Assembly: GCA_945907065.1 (NCBI GenBank)
Contig: CAMDSC010000012.1
Coordinates: forward strand, 577 to 64,576
Reading direction: 5' to 3'
DNA: 64,000 nucleotides
From: Chitinophaga pinensis
Lineage (GTDB): Bacteria > Bacteroidota > Bacteroidia > NS11-12g > UBA9320
Positions within the stretch are counted from its first letter, which is position 1. Every line of letters starts with the position of its first letter. A program made the translations under genes and the position numbers. Below, in pieces: positions 62,229-64,000 of this stretch. The notes under the pieces are model-generated. The model saw only the letters and a program-made list of their open reading frames with translations, did not search any database and had not been told where the DNA came from.

Positions 62229-63569
62229 ATGCAATTGAATGAACTAACAGCCATAAGCCCAATAGACGGGCGCTACCGAAAAGCCACTTCTGATTTGGCC
62301 CCCTATCTTTCTGAGTGGGGACTTATTAAATATCGGGTGCAAGTAGAAATCGAATATTTTACACAGTTATGTAAAACGGTTCCACAGTTAGCTTCTATAA
62401 ATATTTCAGAGGTATATCCAAAACTGAAAACTGTTTACGAAAATTTTTCAGAAACCGATGCTTTAGAAATTAAAGCTACCGAAAAAATAACTAACCACGA
62501 TGTAAAAGCGGTTGAGTATTTTGTAAAGAAAAAACTCGAAGAACTTGGTTTGGGAGCTTATGTGGAATTTGTGCATTTTGGACTTACCTCTCAGGATATC
62601 AATAATACTGCTATTCCTTTGTCGTTTATGGAAGCTAATAATTCAACTATTTTCCCAGCTTTGGATGATTTGCTTATTAAACTTCAATCATTATCAGCCG
62701 AATGGGCAAACATTTCATTATTGGCTCGAACTCATGGACAGCCGGCTTCTCCTACCCGATTGGGAAAAGAAATGGATGTATTCACCAATCGACTGATTGC
62801 ACAAATTGAGCAATTTAATAACATTCCCTACAGCGCTAAATTTGGCGGAGCCACCGGAAATTTAAATGCTCATTACATAGCCTATCCTGATAAAAACTGG
62901 CACAGTTTCGCCAATTCTTTTGTTGAACGTTTAGGATTAAAACGTTCGTTTCCTACCACACAAATTGAACATTACGATAATTTAGCCGCTCAATGCGATA
63001 CTTTTAAGCGTATCAATACAATTCTTATTGATTTGTGCCGCGATATTTGGAGTTATATTTCCTTTGATTATTTTAAACAAAAAATAAAAGAAGGTGAAAT
63101 TGGAAGCTCGGCCATGCCACACAAAGTAAATCCTATTGATTTTGAAAATGCGGAAGGAAACCTGATGATGGCCAACAGCATTTTTGAATTTTTGGCTGCC
63201 AAACTTCCTATATCACGACTGCAAAGAGATTTAACAGATTCTACAGTTTTAAGAAATCTTGGAGTTCCATTGGCTCTCTCACTTATAGCTTATAAATCGG
63301 TTATGAAAGGATTGAACAAGCTAATAGTAAATACTGCTAAAATTGAAGAAGATTTGGATAATAACTGGGCAGTAGTGGCCGAAGCCATTCAAACTATATT
63401 GAGACGGGAACAGATAGAAAAACCTTACGAATTATTAAAAGATTTAACCCGAACCAATTCTAAAATAACCAAAGAATCGATTCAAGAATTTATTCAAAAT
63501 TTGAAGGTTTCGGATTCTGTTAAAATTGAATTGATGAACATTTCACCCTTTAATTTTGTTGGTAAATAG
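62229..63569 (+). CDS. purB: Adenylosuccinate lyase
   Basis: LTAISPIDGRY, TNHDVKAVEY, ARTHGQPA, GSSAMPHKVNPIDFEN. Confidence 0.98.
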   Translation: MQLNELTAISPIDGRYRKATSDLAPYLSEWGLIKYRVQVEIEYFTQLCKTVPQLASINISEVYPKLKTVYENFSETDALEIKATEKITNHDVKAVEYFVKKKLEELGLGAYVEFVHFGLTSQDINNTAIPLSFMEANNSTIFPALDDLLIKLQSLSAEWANISLLARTHGQPASPTRLGKEMDVFTNRLIAQIEQFNNIPYSAKFGGATGNLNAHYIAYPDKNWHSFANSFVERLGLKRSFPTTQIEHYDNLAAQCDTFKRINTILIDLCRDIWSYISFDYFKQKIKEGEIGSSAMPHKVNPIDFENAEGNLMMANSIFEFLAAKLPISRLQRDLTDSTVLRNLGVPLALSLIAYKSVMKGLNKLIVNTAKIEEDLDNNWAVVAEAIQTILRREQIEKPYELLKDLTRTNSKITKESIQEFIQNLKVSDSVKIELMNISPFNFVGK

Positions 63570-63938
63570 ATGAACAAACCAACGGTAGTTTTAGGAGCCA
63601 ATACCAATCCTGAAAAATATGCCTATCGGGCAGTTGAATTTTTACAATCCATCTATCAGCCTGTTTTTCCTGTGGGGATAAGACCGGGAGAAGTTAAAGG
63701 TTTACCAATTTTCCAAGATTTTTCACATCTTAAAAATGAGGATATACATACAGTTACTCTTTACCTTAATCCAAGTAATCAAACTCACTGGTATAAGCAA
63801 ATTTTACATTTAAACCCAAAGCGTGTTATCTTTAATCCCGGAACTGAAAACCCTGAATTTGAAGAAATGCTAGAAGAAAAAGGAATTGAAGTGGAGGAAG
63901 CTTGCACTTTGGTAATGGTGAGAACCGGCGTTTACTAG
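63570..63938 (+). CDS. CoA-binding protein
   Basis: TVVLGA..NPEKYA, IHTVTLYL, PKRVIFNPGTEN, ACTLVM. Confidence 0.88.
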   Translation: MNKPTVVLGANTNPEKYAYRAVEFLQSIYQPVFPVGIRPGEVKGLPIFQDFSHLKNEDIHTVTLYLNPSNQTHWYKQILHLNPKRVIFNPGTENPEFEEMLEEKGIEVEEACTLVMVRTGVY

Positions 63939-64000
63939 ACCCCTTTATACTTTTCTACCAAACTTATAAAAGAAGGAAAGGGTTGGAATAAAAAATTGTC

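Noticed and set aside
1-64000. tRNA/rRNA genes, integrases, transposases, prophage, CRISPR or defence genes
   Set aside because: None recognised by eye; almost all sequence is accounted for by the listed CDSs and short spacers.

Overview
AT-rich Bacteroidota chromosome segment, judged from TAnnTTTG -7 promoters, T9SS sorting domains and the rpsL-rpsG-fusA-rpsJ order without tuf. The centre (15.8-32.8 kb, minus strand) is the complete str-S10-spc-alpha ribosomal protein super-operon, including rpmD and rpmJ, which the ORF track missed. The left arm has housekeeping genes (tandem FKBPs, ruvB, CCA-type nucleotidyltransferase, nnr, hppD), a Crp-YceI-YceI-YgiD cluster with tandem operator boxes, and an ECF sigma / dual-membrane anti-sigma / T9SS cargo cassette. 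The right arm has fhs, an envelope cluster (OM barrel, HU-SPOR, TonB, folC), a T9SS type-B repeat protein, sppA, an orphan proteobacterial-type hcp, a leader-ORF/TonB-dependent receptor pair, a cobalamin riboswitch-btuB-btuH-like-btuG locus and purB. The strongest candidate for an undescribed system is the three-gene operon at 53.7-62.1 kb: an outer-membrane beta-barrel, a TANFOR-like protein and a 1678-aa PKD/Ig adhesin-like protein. The last two share a C-terminal Cys-rich domain with identical CC-x6-C-x9-C-x2-C-x4-C spacing and lack T9SS sorting signals. Family assignments come from motif recognition by eye; no database searches were run.
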